NCBI GenBank assembly: GCA_003599755.1 | Contig: QZJO01000011.1 | Location: 66,424-130,423, forward strand | Length of the DNA: 64,000 nt | Direction of reading: 5' to 3' | Source: Candidatus Parcubacteria bacterium | GTDB lineage: Bacteria > Patescibacteriota > Minisyncoccia > Sungbacterales > SURF-37 | Shown: piece by piece, positions 54,236 to 63,624 of the stretch | Position numbering within the stretch: the first letter of the stretch is position 1 | How the letters are laid out: each line of letters begins with the position of its first letter | Made by a program: the position numbers and the translations under genes | The notes under the pieces: model-generated | Told to the model about the DNA's origin: nothing | Databases searched by the model: none | Seen by the model: the letters and a program-made list of their open reading frames with translations, nothing else

Positions 54236-57025
54236 TCATTCCGTTGCTGGCGCATCAGACGGCGGAGGGGTCGGAACTGGCTCGGGAACAGGTGCTTCGG
54301 GCGAGGGGTCGGCTGGAGCCGGATCCATCGGCGGAGGCGGAGCTTCGGCAGGATCAGGCACCGGCGCTTCGGCCGGCTCTTCGGGCTCAGCCACGGGCGT
54401 CTCCGATGGCGTCTCCGTAGTCGAGGAATCGGGCGTGGCATCAGATTGTTCTTCCGGCGTCGGAGCAGGGGTCTGGGCTGCTGGTTCCGGCTCGCTGCTC
54501 GCCTCCGGTTCATCAGCAACCCCGCCATCTACCGCGGGCTCCTCGGAAGCGTCAGTATTCGTCGCTTGTGAGTCATTTTCGTCTGCCGGCGCGGCCGGAT
54601 CTTCGTCTGCAGGCGCGCTTTCGCTTGCGGGCGCAGGGGTTTCAATGGCTTCCTCTTCGGGTTCCGGCTCCGGCCGGCGGACTTCTAACGGCAGCGGTTC
54701 TTCCACGGGGATATCAACCGCATCCACGAGTACGGGCTGTACGATGGTAGTCAGTTTTTCGCCGCTGGGCTGGAACGGCGTCTGCCACGGCTGCATGACT
54801 TCGAGCGGCCGGTAGAAATAATTGTTGGCAGCGCCCGGCGTCGGGTCGGGGTCCACCCAGTTGGCCGCGCCATCCGGAATGCGCGCGAACGATTTGTTCT
54901 CGGGCGCATCCTGGGTGTAGGCGTGGCTGTCGATCAACAAGCCGCCCGCGCCGATTTCATTCGAGAACAGGCGCACGGTGTCGCCGCCGGTATTTTCCAG
55001 TTCAAAATCGTCGTCCCCGTCGCGGTAGACCACGAGGAATCCGTGCGATGGGATGATCGTGCTGCCGGTATCGGTGATCGCGCCCGAGATCACGAGCTCG
55101 TTGTCGTTCGAGCTGTCGTAGAGCACGTAGCCCGCCACGTCCACGCTGAAGCCCGTGGGATTGAAGAGCTCCACCCATTCGCCGTCGAGCGCCCCGCCGC
55201 CCGTTCCCTGGTCGTCCCCGGTGGGGTTGGGGACGAATTCGTTGATCAATACATGGGTTGTCGAATCATACGGCTGCACTTCGCCGCAAGCGATTTGGTT
55301 GGGCAGGGCGCGGTAGTTGACCGTCACGCCCGAATCGAAGCGGATCGCGGTATTGGCATCCAGATCGTTGCCGGTTCCGGCTTTCGCGAACGCGGCCAAA
55401 AGCGTCCGGCTGCCGTTGATGTGAATGTCGCCTTCGGACGCGAAGAGCACGGCCTCGCCGATATCCGACGCATCGGCCGCGGCCTCGATGGCCGCGTCGT
55501 CGCCGGTAATCGCGCCGCTTGTGGATACGAGCAAGATCGCGCCGACGACGCCCGAGCCCGAAAAGCTTGCGCCCGCGGCGATATCGATCGCGCCGTCCAC
55601 GATGATGGTTACGAAACTGTCGCCGAATGCCGGGTCCTGGGCAATGACGGTGTTGGAACCGATCGCGAGATTGCCGTGGATGTAGAGCGGCCCGTCGATG
55701 ACGGCGCTGTTGTTCGCGCCGAACTCCACGTTGCCCATGATTTCGGCCGGTCCGAGCTCGAGGCCGACGGTATTGTCCGGGAAGATGAGATGGCCGTTGA
55801 TAGTGCCGCCGTCTTGCGCGCGGGCTTTCCAGAAAGGAATAGAAATATTCGGAAGCGTCGTAGCCGGGATATTCGTAAGCGTCGTACCGGACACGGTGAT
55901 GCTCGGATCAATCGTGTTCTTGGCAAACGCGCTGCCGTTGATTTCGCGGCCGGATCCCCCGCCGAACGCTTCGATCTCATCGTTGGAGCGGACGTTGCCG
56001 TTGACTACCACGCTCGGGCCGAACGTTACGTCATCGTTGCCGTTGGTCACGCCGGCCGCCTGCACCGCGAGTTGATCCGGAAACGCGGCGAAATTTGCCG
56101 CGCAGGCAAAGCCGGTGTCGAAGTTCAAAAAGTCCACGACTTCGGTCTCGATGTCGTCGATCGTCACCGCGACGCTTTCGGGCGTGAGGTGCTGCCAGCC
56201 GATGCGCGTTTCCTCTTTGACGATATAACCGGCCGGGTCGAGGCCCGTGAATTGGTAGTAGCCGTTGGCGTCGGTGACCGTAACGGCGATCACGTCGAGT
56301 GTATCGCCATCGAGCAATTGGATCTGCCAGCCCTCGACGCCGAAGTCGCCCGGCGTAAAGGATTCGGACTGGTCGAGGTCATGGTATTTGTAGCCCTGGA
56401 TTTTTCCCTTGGTCTGGGCAAAGTCGTAAATCTCGGTCGTGATCAAACTCTCGTGCGCGCCGGGCAGGCCGGAGTCGCAGGCAATGGCTTTGACCACCGC
56501 GTCGTCCGAAAGCGGAATGGGCCCCACGGGTTTGGGTCCGCCGGCCGAGATGCCGCAGACCGGATCGGGCGCGATGTTCGGGTCCAGCCCCGGGGTGACC
56601 GTATAAAACACATGCGTGGCGTCCGGATCGTCGTCATCAATCGTGAGATTGATCGGGTCGGTGTAATTGCCGCCCGGCGGCGTGATGACCGGCGGCTCGA
56701 TCATGATGATCGTCGCGGTGACGTTGACCACGTGGCCCTCGAACGCCGTGATAAGCGGCAGCGAGGCCACGCTCAGGGCGACCGCGATCGCGGTCAGGCG
56801 CGTGAAGGTCTTGCGGCTCGAGAGCCGCCGCTGCACCCGTTGCAGCATCCGCGCCACCGGAGAGATCCGCCGCGGTATGATCACGGCCGGAGTGCTCGTC
56901 TTCGCAGTGAGGTTGATGACGTAGCGGCTCAACGGCGCAGTCCGCTTGCGCTGGACACGCGTAACACCGCCTTTGGCAAGGCGTTTTATTTCGGAAATTT
57001 GTTTCTTCGAGCGGGATTCGTTCAT
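54236..57025 (-). CDS. large secreted surface protein: SipW-cognate-like signal, Cna-B/SdrD-B-like domain, beta-helix (bactofilin-like) region, lamin-tail domain, acidic Pro/Glu-rich C-terminus
   Basis: LPLITAFEGHVVNVTATI signal-processing region as in paralogs; GYKYHDLD...DANGYYQF Cna-B-like; HVLINEFVPNPTGDD...GEWVELFNPTG LTD; start 57025 vs 56848 uncertain. Confidence 0.65.
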   Translation of the reverse strand: MNESRSKKQISEIKRLAKGGVTRVQRKRTAPLSRYVINLTAKTSTPAVIIPRRISPVARMLQRVQRRLSSRKTFTRLTAIAVALSVASLPLITAFEGHVVNVTATIIMIEPPVITPPGGNYTDPINLTIDDDDPDATHVFYTVTPGLDPNIAPDPVCGISAGGPKPVGPIPLSDDAVVKAIACDSGLPGAHESLITTEIYDFAQTKGKIQGYKYHDLDQSESFTPGDFGVEGWQIQLLDGDTLDVIAVTVTDANGYYQFTGLDPAGYIVKEETRIGWQHLTPESVAVTIDDIETEVVDFLNFDTGFACAANFAAFPDQLAVQAAGVTNGNDDVTFGPSVVVNGNVRSNDEIEAFGGGSGREINGSAFAKNTIDPSITVSGTTLTNIPATTLPNISIPFWKARAQDGGTINGHLIFPDNTVGLELGPAEIMGNVEFGANNSAVIDGPLYIHGNLAIGSNTVIAQDPAFGDSFVTIIVDGAIDIAAGASFSGSGVVGAILLVSTSGAITGDDAAIEAAADASDIGEAVLFASEGDIHINGSRTLLAAFAKAGTGNDLDANTAIRFDSGVTVNYRALPNQIACGEVQPYDSTTHVLINEFVPNPTGDDQGTGGGALDGEWVELFNPTGFSVDVAGYVLYDSSNDNELVISGAITDTGSTIIPSHGFLVVYRDGDDDFELENTGGDTVRLFSNEIGAGGLLIDSHAYTQDAPENKSFARIPDGAANWVDPDPTPGAANNYFYRPLEVMQPWQTPFQPSGEKLTTIVQPVLVDAVDIPVEEPLPLEVRRPEPEPEEEAIETPAPASESAPADEDPAAPADENDSQATNTDASEEPAVDGGVADEPEASSEPEPAAQTPAPTPEEQSDATPDSSTTETPSETPVAEPEEPAEAPVPDPAEAPPPPMDPAPADPSPEAPVPEPVPTPPPSDAPATE

Positions 57026-57057
57026 GTGAGTCGAGTCCCCGGCCCGGTTGTAGAATT

Positions 57058-57318
57058 TCAGCTGGCGCGCCGCTTGAACAAATAGTCCTTCAGCCGACGC
57101 TTCAGCAGTCTGCGACCGTGCGTTGTTTTGAGATGTTTCTCTCTGCGGCGCGCATCGGAGCCTTCGAGCATGGCCTCGTAGTAGATGCAGCGCCACTGGC
57201 TTCTCTTGGTGGAGAAATTCTTCCCGCTGTTGTGTTCGGCGAGTCGCTTTCGGAGATCAACGGTATATCCGATGTAATGCTCTCCGCTTGGGTTCTCGAG
57301 AACGTAGACGTAGAACAC
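57058..57318 (-). CDS. GIY-YIG nuclease family small protein (GTG start proposed)
   Basis: FYVYVLENPSGEHYIGYTVDLRKRLAEHNSG...WRCIYYEA...RRREKHLK; placed 11 nt downstream of the signal-peptidase gene stop. Confidence 0.55.
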   Translation of the reverse strand: MFYVYVLENPSGEHYIGYTVDLRKRLAEHNSGKNFSTKRSQWRCIYYEAMLEGSDARRREKHLKTTHGRRLLKRRLKDYLFKRRAS

Positions 57319-57328
57319 AGCTGAAATT

Positions 57329-57829
57329 TCACAACCGGGAGGCCCAGATCGAGATGTAACCGATGTACGGTATGCGAAACGGTTGTTCGGGGCGGAATTC
57401 CACCGCTTCCCCGACCACGTCTTCATAGGTGACGGGCGGGTCCTCGGAAAAATTCGCGTCCCCTTTCGTGACTAGCGTCGTCGCGTTGGTTCGCACCACC
57501 CGGTGGATGGTGAAGCCCTCGGCGTTCCGCCAGACCACGATGTCGCCCTCGGCGATGTCGGGTTTGGACACCGCGCGAATCAAAATCATGTCCCCGGTTT
57601 TGAGCGCGGGCCACATGGAGCCGGACGTGATCGCGGCAATGGGAACGTCGGTCCCGAATTTCCAGATCAGGAATTTGGGCACGCCCCAGAGAATGCCAAC
57701 GACGATCGCGGCGTAGATCGCCACGTTCAAGACGATTTTGAGAACGGTGCGGGTCACAGCCACAGGCGTGCAGGCATCGCGCTCAGAGCACCGAGCCGTC
57801 GGGAGCGAGGCCGCGCCGATACGTGTCAT
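57329..57829 (-). CDS. signal peptidase I, SipW-type (S26B, archaeal/eukaryal-like)
   Basis: SGSMWP catalytic Ser motif and FTIHRVV His motif; N-terminal TM; start possibly at internal GTG 57757. Confidence 0.7.
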   Translation of the reverse strand: MTRIGAASLPTARCSERDACTPVAVTRTVLKIVLNVAIYAAIVVGILWGVPKFLIWKFGTDVPIAAITSGSMWPALKTGDMILIRAVSKPDIAEGDIVVWRNAEGFTIHRVVRTNATTLVTKGDANFSEDPPVTYEDVVGEAVEFRPEQPFRIPYIGYISIWASRL

Positions 57830-58235
57830 CGCCCTGCCACGGGCCCGGAATCTTGAAGAGGAATACCCGGCCGGTCATGGTCTCGCCGATGCGGGCGGAA
57901 GCCGGCATGTAGACCGAAAACTCGATCTTGGTCTGGGCGTTGGCCGGCAGGATGAAGAAGTTCTTGTCGAGCTTCATGAGCTCGCTGACCGAGCCGAAGC
58001 GCACCACGGCGACATACAGCGGAATCGCGGTGCGATTCTGGATGTCTACCCGGCGCACGGTCTGGGTTCCCGGCGAGAGGTCGCCGAAGTCGAGGCGCTC
58101 GGTCGTGGGATTCACCCCGACCCGGCCCCGGCCTTCGATGACGTGCACCTGTGCGCGATATTTGTTCGCGTCGAGGGTGATGTAAAAGATCGCCAAGAAA
58201 ACGACGGCGAGGATGACAAACAGGATTTTTTCCAT
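57783..58235 (-). CDS. membrane-anchored hypothetical protein upstream of SipW-type peptidase
   Basis: TM MEKILFVILAVVFLAIFYITL then a beta-rich domain; operon position; no family recognised. Confidence 0.45.
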   Translation of the reverse strand: MEKILFVILAVVFLAIFYITLDANKYRAQVHVIEGRGRVGVNPTTERLDFGDLSPGTQTVRRVDIQNRTAIPLYVAVVRFGSVSELMKLDKNFFILPANAQTKIEFSVYMPASARIGETMTGRVFLFKIPGPWQGDDTYRRGLAPDGSVL

Positions 58236-58525
58236 CCGCGACAGCGATGAAAGCCATCGGCGGAAGCTCAGCTTGCCTGATCCGCCTTGGGCGGATCCGA
58301 CTTGTGGGATTTGAGTAGTAGGTTCCATACCACCCACTTGTACCCCATTTTGATCTGTTTGTCAGCCCCACGAGCTGCCCGAGTCGCCGCCTAGATTTCG
58401 CCGAAGCAGAACCTAGGCGGTACACTCGGATTTCCATCTGAATCTCACAAGGACTCAGGCGAAGCTTGCCGCCTAAGTTTCGCAACGCGAAAGTGAGGCG
58501 GGGTTTGGACAGCTAAGCGTGGTGC

Positions 58526-60211
58526 TTAGTTTTCGGGATATGCAGAAGATTCTGCCGGCTCGGTATCAACTTCGGTGATGTCATTCGTGCGAGCCGCCTC
58601 GGCTTCGCCATCCCACCAGTTGTCCTCGGCATTCACGTCTGCGCCGCCGGATACGGACGGACCGTACCAATTGACATTGTTCCCAAGACCTGCGGGAGCA
58701 AAGTTGTTGGTATTTACGGTCAGGACGCCGTTGTTACTCGTCCCATTCGCAGCGGCCGGAGCTACGCCGACGGCCTCAAGAACGTTGCTTTCGAAATCAT
58801 TGTGGTGAATCGAGGAAGCATCCGGGCCGTCGTTCGCCACGCCCACGTCATTGTTCAGGATGTCGTTGAACGCCACTTCATAATTTGAAGCGGTGTTGAA
58901 GAACATGGCCTGGCGCCAACCATCAAAGACATTGTGAAGAATGTCGATGTTGGTCGCGACAGGCGTTGATCCGGAACCGATCTCAGTAATCACAGCCTTT
59001 GCGTCAGCGCCCTTGGCACCCCCCGGAGCCGTGAACAGGTTGTGGCTGATTACGGTGTTATCAAGCGACGAGTTGCTGCCTTGTCCGGTTTCGTTGTGGA
59101 TGTAGATCGCGGCATTCGCGCTTGCTTGGATGAAGCTGTAGTTGGTGAATTCAAGGCCGGTGATAGTCACGTTATCAGCGTCGATGAACATGCCGCCGGG
59201 GATGTTTGCATCACCAGCCGCTCCAAGCCCCGCAATCGTCACGCTCTCATCGACGTTGATGGGGAAGGTATCGGTGCCGTTGTACGTGGAATCAACACAG
59301 ATTGTCGCTCCGGGAGCGGCTGCATCAATGGCGGCCTGTAGAGATTCGCTACCCGATACCGTATCAGTGCAATCAGCCGGATCATCATAGGAAGCGACTG
59401 CAGCCCCTACGAGGGGGCGTACTTCTTCGCTGACATCCGACACTTCGACCCAGAGGTCGCAGCCGAAGATTTTGTGTTCGTTCGCGATCGGCTGGGTGAA
59501 GGCATCGGCATCGATCGTGGAGCTCGCGCTCACACGCTCGACGAATTCCTGCCAGTCCTGGGCGCAATAGTTGCCAAAGCAAGGTACTGCAAGATCGATA
59601 ACCCAGTTGTCGACAGTATCACCGGGGAGCTCATCCTCGGTGTCCACATCCGATTTTGCCAAGCGGCCGAACGTGTCGAGATATTGAACAGTCGAGGTTG
59701 GACCGTTGGTGTCAACCCAGAATGGAATGTGGAACGAATTGGTATTGCCGTCGTTCTCATCCGGTCCGTGTTTCGAGATGTATTCGCAGAGCGACGGAAG
59801 GACGCCCCATGTTTCGCCCGTGGTAAGCTGCCGTGGAGCCTCGCCACAATCAACGCTGTAAGAGCCATCTTGGTTCGCCACGAGATGACCGGTTGTTGCG
59901 AGCGGCTCGTCCATCAGAACGGTGCCATTTTCGGCCGTGATCGCGCATTTTGGCTTCTGGCGGATGAAGTATGCGACGTCATCCACGCGACCCTCTTCCA
60001 AAAACGAGTTGGAAAGTTGAACGGTCAGCGGCTGATCCAGATGCTCCTGCGGAAAGACCGTGCCGAAGTCGATCCACTCGGTACCTACGGAAAGCGCATT
60101 CTCGATTTTTGCCGTCACGTTGACCACGTGCGCCTCGAACGCCGCGAAGAGCGGCAAGAGCGCGACCGCGGTTCCCGCGACAACGATCCCCAATGCTAGT
60201 TTCTTTTTCAT
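58526..60211 (-). CDS. secreted protein: SipW-cognate-like signal plus conserved N-domain plus right-handed beta-helix-like C-terminal region
   Basis: MKKKLALGIVVAGTAVALLPLFAAFEAHVVNVTAKIENAL; C-terminal NxxIxxN parallel beta-helix-type repeats. Confidence 0.65.
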   Translation of the reverse strand: MKKKLALGIVVAGTAVALLPLFAAFEAHVVNVTAKIENALSVGTEWIDFGTVFPQEHLDQPLTVQLSNSFLEEGRVDDVAYFIRQKPKCAITAENGTVLMDEPLATTGHLVANQDGSYSVDCGEAPRQLTTGETWGVLPSLCEYISKHGPDENDGNTNSFHIPFWVDTNGPTSTVQYLDTFGRLAKSDVDTEDELPGDTVDNWVIDLAVPCFGNYCAQDWQEFVERVSASSTIDADAFTQPIANEHKIFGCDLWVEVSDVSEEVRPLVGAAVASYDDPADCTDTVSGSESLQAAIDAAAPGATICVDSTYNGTDTFPINVDESVTIAGLGAAGDANIPGGMFIDADNVTITGLEFTNYSFIQASANAAIYIHNETGQGSNSSLDNTVISHNLFTAPGGAKGADAKAVITEIGSGSTPVATNIDILHNVFDGWRQAMFFNTASNYEVAFNDILNNDVGVANDGPDASSIHHNDFESNVLEAVGVAPAAANGTSNNGVLTVNTNNFAPAGLGNNVNWYGPSVSGGADVNAEDNWWDGEAEAARTNDITEVDTEPAESSAYPEN

Positions 60212-60374
60212 TTGTTTGGTTTGAATTAGTTCTGCTCGACTCGACCTTTTGTACGTTCCCCTTTGCAGCAACCGCTGTATCAGAGCATTTCGGATACAGG
60301 AGTTGCTGCAGGGTTTTTGGCCTTCCGGCCAAAGCATAGTCCCCGCTTCCGCAGGAACTATGTTTGGGCGCAAG

Positions 60375-61655
60375 TTACTCCACCGGCTCCACGCACTCCT
60401 TGCTGTTGTAGCTCAGCTTGTAGAGGAGTCCCGCGGGGTTGGTTTCGGGCGTGCCGCCGGGCATCCCCTCGTTCGTGACCTCAATTTTTAGCGTATTGAG
60501 GCCGGGTGCGAGGTTCGTGACCGCGTACGCATCCTGCGTGGCGGCTTGGAAGTTGTTCGGGTTGACCAATTCTTGGCCGACGAGGATGTCGTTTACGAAC
60601 GCGCGGTACGTATTGTCGGTCGCGATGTTGAGAAACGCGCTCGTCACCGTGCCGCTGACCGTGAACGTCCGCTCGAACGTGAACGTCTCGGTGAGGGTCG
60701 GGTTATCAACCGGGTCGCTTTCCCAGATCCAGGACGCGAACGGAATACTTGCCGTCCATGCCGGATGGATTGAGGTCACGAGCTCGGCCGGCGCGTCGCC
60801 GTTTTCGGCGACCGTGGTATTCGTGTCGCTGCCGATCTGCGTGAGCGTTTCTTCGCCGAGCGCGCAGCTGACTTCGGATACTTCGACCCAAAGATCGCAG
60901 CCGAAGATTTTGTGCTCGTTTTCTTTTGGCTGGGTGTACTCGTCGGCGTTGATCGTCGAGCTGCCGCTGACGGCGGCCACGAAGTCGGCCCAGTCCTGGG
61001 CGCAGAATCCGCCGAAGCACGGCACGGCCAGGTCAATGATCCAGTTGTCTACGGTGTCGCCGTCGATCTCGTCTTCCAGATCAGTGTCGGATTTGGCGAG
61101 GCGGCCGTGCGTGTCGTTCCACGCGATGCCAAACGGCGTCTCGGCGCCGTCACCGACAATCGTCCACGGCTGGTGGAACGACGTGAGGGTCTCGTCGTTT
61201 TCATCCGGCCCTTCTTTGGAGATGTATTCGCATAGCGACGGCAACATGCCCCAGCTTTCGCCCTCAACGAGCGCGCGGGGCGCGGGGCCGCAGTCCACGG
61301 TTACCTCGCCCTCCTGATCGAGCACCAAGTGGCCGGTCGCGGCGAGCGGCTCGTCCACCAGAACGGTGCCGTTCTCGCGCGTGATGGCGCATTTGGGTTT
61401 TTGGCGGAGGAAATATTCAACGTCGTCCACGCGATCTTCGTCGAGGAATGATTGCGACAAGGCAACGCGCAGCGGCTGGTCCAGGTGCTCCTGCGGAAAG
61501 ACCGTGCCGAAGTCGATCCAGTCGGTGCTTACCTGGAGGGCATTTTCGATTTTTGCCGTCACGTTGACCACGTGCGCCTCGAACGCCGCAAACAGCGGCA
61601 AAAGCGCGATGGCGAGACCGACGGCGGCAATTCCGATGCCGATTCGTTTAGTCAT
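60375..61655 (-). CDS. secreted protein: SipW-cognate-like signal plus conserved N-domain plus C-terminal beta-sandwich
   Basis: MTKRIGIGIAAVGLAIALLPLFAAFEAHVVNVTAKIENAL; N-domain about 70% identical to the 58526 paralog. Confidence 0.65.
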   Translation of the reverse strand: MTKRIGIGIAAVGLAIALLPLFAAFEAHVVNVTAKIENALQVSTDWIDFGTVFPQEHLDQPLRVALSQSFLDEDRVDDVEYFLRQKPKCAITRENGTVLVDEPLAATGHLVLDQEGEVTVDCGPAPRALVEGESWGMLPSLCEYISKEGPDENDETLTSFHQPWTIVGDGAETPFGIAWNDTHGRLAKSDTDLEDEIDGDTVDNWIIDLAVPCFGGFCAQDWADFVAAVSGSSTINADEYTQPKENEHKIFGCDLWVEVSEVSCALGEETLTQIGSDTNTTVAENGDAPAELVTSIHPAWTASIPFASWIWESDPVDNPTLTETFTFERTFTVSGTVTSAFLNIATDNTYRAFVNDILVGQELVNPNNFQAATQDAYAVTNLAPGLNTLKIEVTNEGMPGGTPETNPAGLLYKLSYNSKECVEPVE

Positions 61656-61755
61656 GCGTCTGATTGCCGAACCGTTCCCCGAGTCCGGAAAGTCACGCGA
61701 GTGAAGCGATAACCCCAAACCCCGCGGATTGCGGGGTTTGGGGGAGTTTCAGCGA

Positions 61756-63207
61756 TTACTCTTCGCAAACCGTAAGTTCGACCAAGATCGATTCAAGGTC
61801 ATCGAAATCGCTTGCGAGGAAGTATTGGCTCGGAGCATCGGCAATCTCATTCATGAGGAATGCCTCGGTGGTCGATGTGACGCCGATCCCGATGGCGAAT
61901 ACGTCGATACCGGCAGCGCGCGCCGCATCAGCTGCAGCCGCTGCGTCTATCGCGCCTTGCGCTTCGTCCGGCTGATTGGGCGCACCGTCCGAGATAACGA
62001 CCATGACGTCCTGCACCGATGGCCGCTCATGGGCATGCGCGTTATCGAGTTCGGCAATGGCAAGCGTGATGCCGGCTTCCATATCCGTGGTCCCGCCGCT
62101 TACCAAGCCATTGATAGCGGCCTGAATGGTCGCTTTGACGTCCGTGAGGTGCGAATCCAATGTTGCGCCACTGGAGAAACTCGTCTGGCCGATATGGTTC
62201 TCATTACCCGATGCCGAAGGCATGAGCGCATCAACGAACGCGAGCAATCCCGTCTTTACGGTGTTCATGTCCGTCCCGCCGATGCTGCCGGAGCGATCAA
62301 CCACAAGCATGAGGTCGATCTCTTCTTCGCAGCCAAGACCCGGCAAGCTGATGTTGAATACTTCGAACCAAAGATCGCAGCCGAAGATCTTGTGCTGATT
62401 CTCGATCGGCTGGGTCCAGTCGTCGGCATTCTCCTGCTCGTTCGCGTTATGCGTGCCGACGAATGTCGCCCAGTCCTGGGCGCAGAATCCGCCGAAGCAC
62501 GGCACGGCCAAGTCGATCAGCCAGTTATCCTCGAAGTCCTGGACGCTTTTGGCCAGGCGGCCCTGGGCTTCCAGCCAGGAGATGCTTTCACCGTTTACGG
62601 TAAACGGCGCGTGGAATGCGTCTACATCGTCATCGTTCTCCTGCTCGGTGCCGTCTTCCGTGTCTTCGTGCTTCGAAAGATACGGGCAGAGCATGGGCAG
62701 TACGCCCCAGGTCTCTTCCGGAACGGTTTGAAGCTCGCGGGGCGCGGGGCCGCAATCTACGTAGTAGCCGTCGAATTGAGTTACGCCTTCGAATGTATCG
62801 CCGGGATCCAACGGCAGCGGATCAGCTACGTCATTCGGATCATACGCGCCGGGGAATACGTGGCCGGTCCGAGTATACAGATGCGTGCCATCTTCGCCCG
62901 TGGCGGCGTCGAATTCCGTGCCGTCATTCCAGGTGATGGCGCATTTGGGCTTTTGGCGGATTACGTACTCCACGTCGTCCACCCGGTCTTCATCTTGGAA
63001 CGATTGCGACAGGGCGATGGGGATGTTCTTTACGAGATACTCCTGCGGGAAGACGGTGCCGAAGTCCAAGGGATTTACGGGAACCGTCAAAGCGTTTTCG
63101 ATCTTGGCCGTGACGTTGACCACGTGTGCCTCGAACGCCGCGAACAGCGGCAGAAGGGCAACGGTGGCGCCGGCAACGGCAAGACCGAATAGAACCTTTC
63201 TTTTCAT
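61756..63207 (-). CDS. secreted protein: SipW-cognate-like signal plus conserved N-domain plus C-terminal von Willebrand factor A (MIDAS) domain
   Basis: MKRKVLFGLAVAGATVALLPLFAAFEAHVVNVTAKIENAL; LMLVVDRSGSIGG...TDMEAGI...VVISDGAPN VWA motifs. Confidence 0.7.
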   Translation of the reverse strand: MKRKVLFGLAVAGATVALLPLFAAFEAHVVNVTAKIENALTVPVNPLDFGTVFPQEYLVKNIPIALSQSFQDEDRVDDVEYVIRQKPKCAITWNDGTEFDAATGEDGTHLYTRTGHVFPGAYDPNDVADPLPLDPGDTFEGVTQFDGYYVDCGPAPRELQTVPEETWGVLPMLCPYLSKHEDTEDGTEQENDDDVDAFHAPFTVNGESISWLEAQGRLAKSVQDFEDNWLIDLAVPCFGGFCAQDWATFVGTHNANEQENADDWTQPIENQHKIFGCDLWFEVFNISLPGLGCEEEIDLMLVVDRSGSIGGTDMNTVKTGLLAFVDALMPSASGNENHIGQTSFSSGATLDSHLTDVKATIQAAINGLVSGGTTDMEAGITLAIAELDNAHAHERPSVQDVMVVISDGAPNQPDEAQGAIDAAAAADAARAAGIDVFAIGIGVTSTTEAFLMNEIADAPSQYFLASDFDDLESILVELTVCEE

Positions 63208-63495
63208 ATAGTTATGCAGTTAGTCGGTTAATCGGTTGAGCGACCTGCCGATGCCGGCAGGACGGAACAATGGCTCGACCTTGAAGTGCCCCGCACCGCG
63301 CGGGGTGCCGGGGTAAACAAAACAGAGCCGCCGCTTGCGCGGGGCTCTGCTTGAATAACGAAAAATTCCATCTCCCCAAAGGAGAGACAGCCGCGGAGCC
63401 ATGAACCGGAACACAGGGTTTTTATCATTCGGGCTCGACGGTAGTTCGGCGACCAGAGCCATCCGCCTGTTGCGCGTGCAATCGGCGGGACGGTT

Positions 63496-63624
63496 CTGCC
63501 CACCGCAGGGCCGGCGCGCCATCTCGTCCCGCGGTGAAGCGGGTAGACAGCAGCCCGTCGCTATGTCCGCGGTCGGCGGAAGGAAGGACGGGTTGAGCGC
63601 AGATGCCAGCCCTGCGCTGGGCAA
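63496..63624 (+). ncRNA. candidate SRP RNA (4.5S/ffs-like) domain IV hairpin
   Basis: GGCGGAAGGAAGGACGGG...GCGCAGATGCC resembles the conserved SRP RNA GGAAGGAAGCAGCC...GGCAGAUGA core; flanking arms ctgcccaccgcagggccggc and gccagccctgcgctgggc are 16/18 complementary. Not verified by covariance model. Confidence 0.3.

Noticed and set aside
54923-57085. 720-aa plus-strand ORF
   Set aside because: Entirely antisense to the large surface-protein gene, which has recognisable Cna-B and lamin-tail domains; Arg/Asp/Val-rich low-complexity translation.
63220-63624. 134-aa minus-strand ORF and 63401..63700 plus-strand ORF
   Set aside because: Implausible composition, no RBS, and overlap with the hairpin-rich region containing the SRP-RNA-like motif; region treated as noncoding or RNA.
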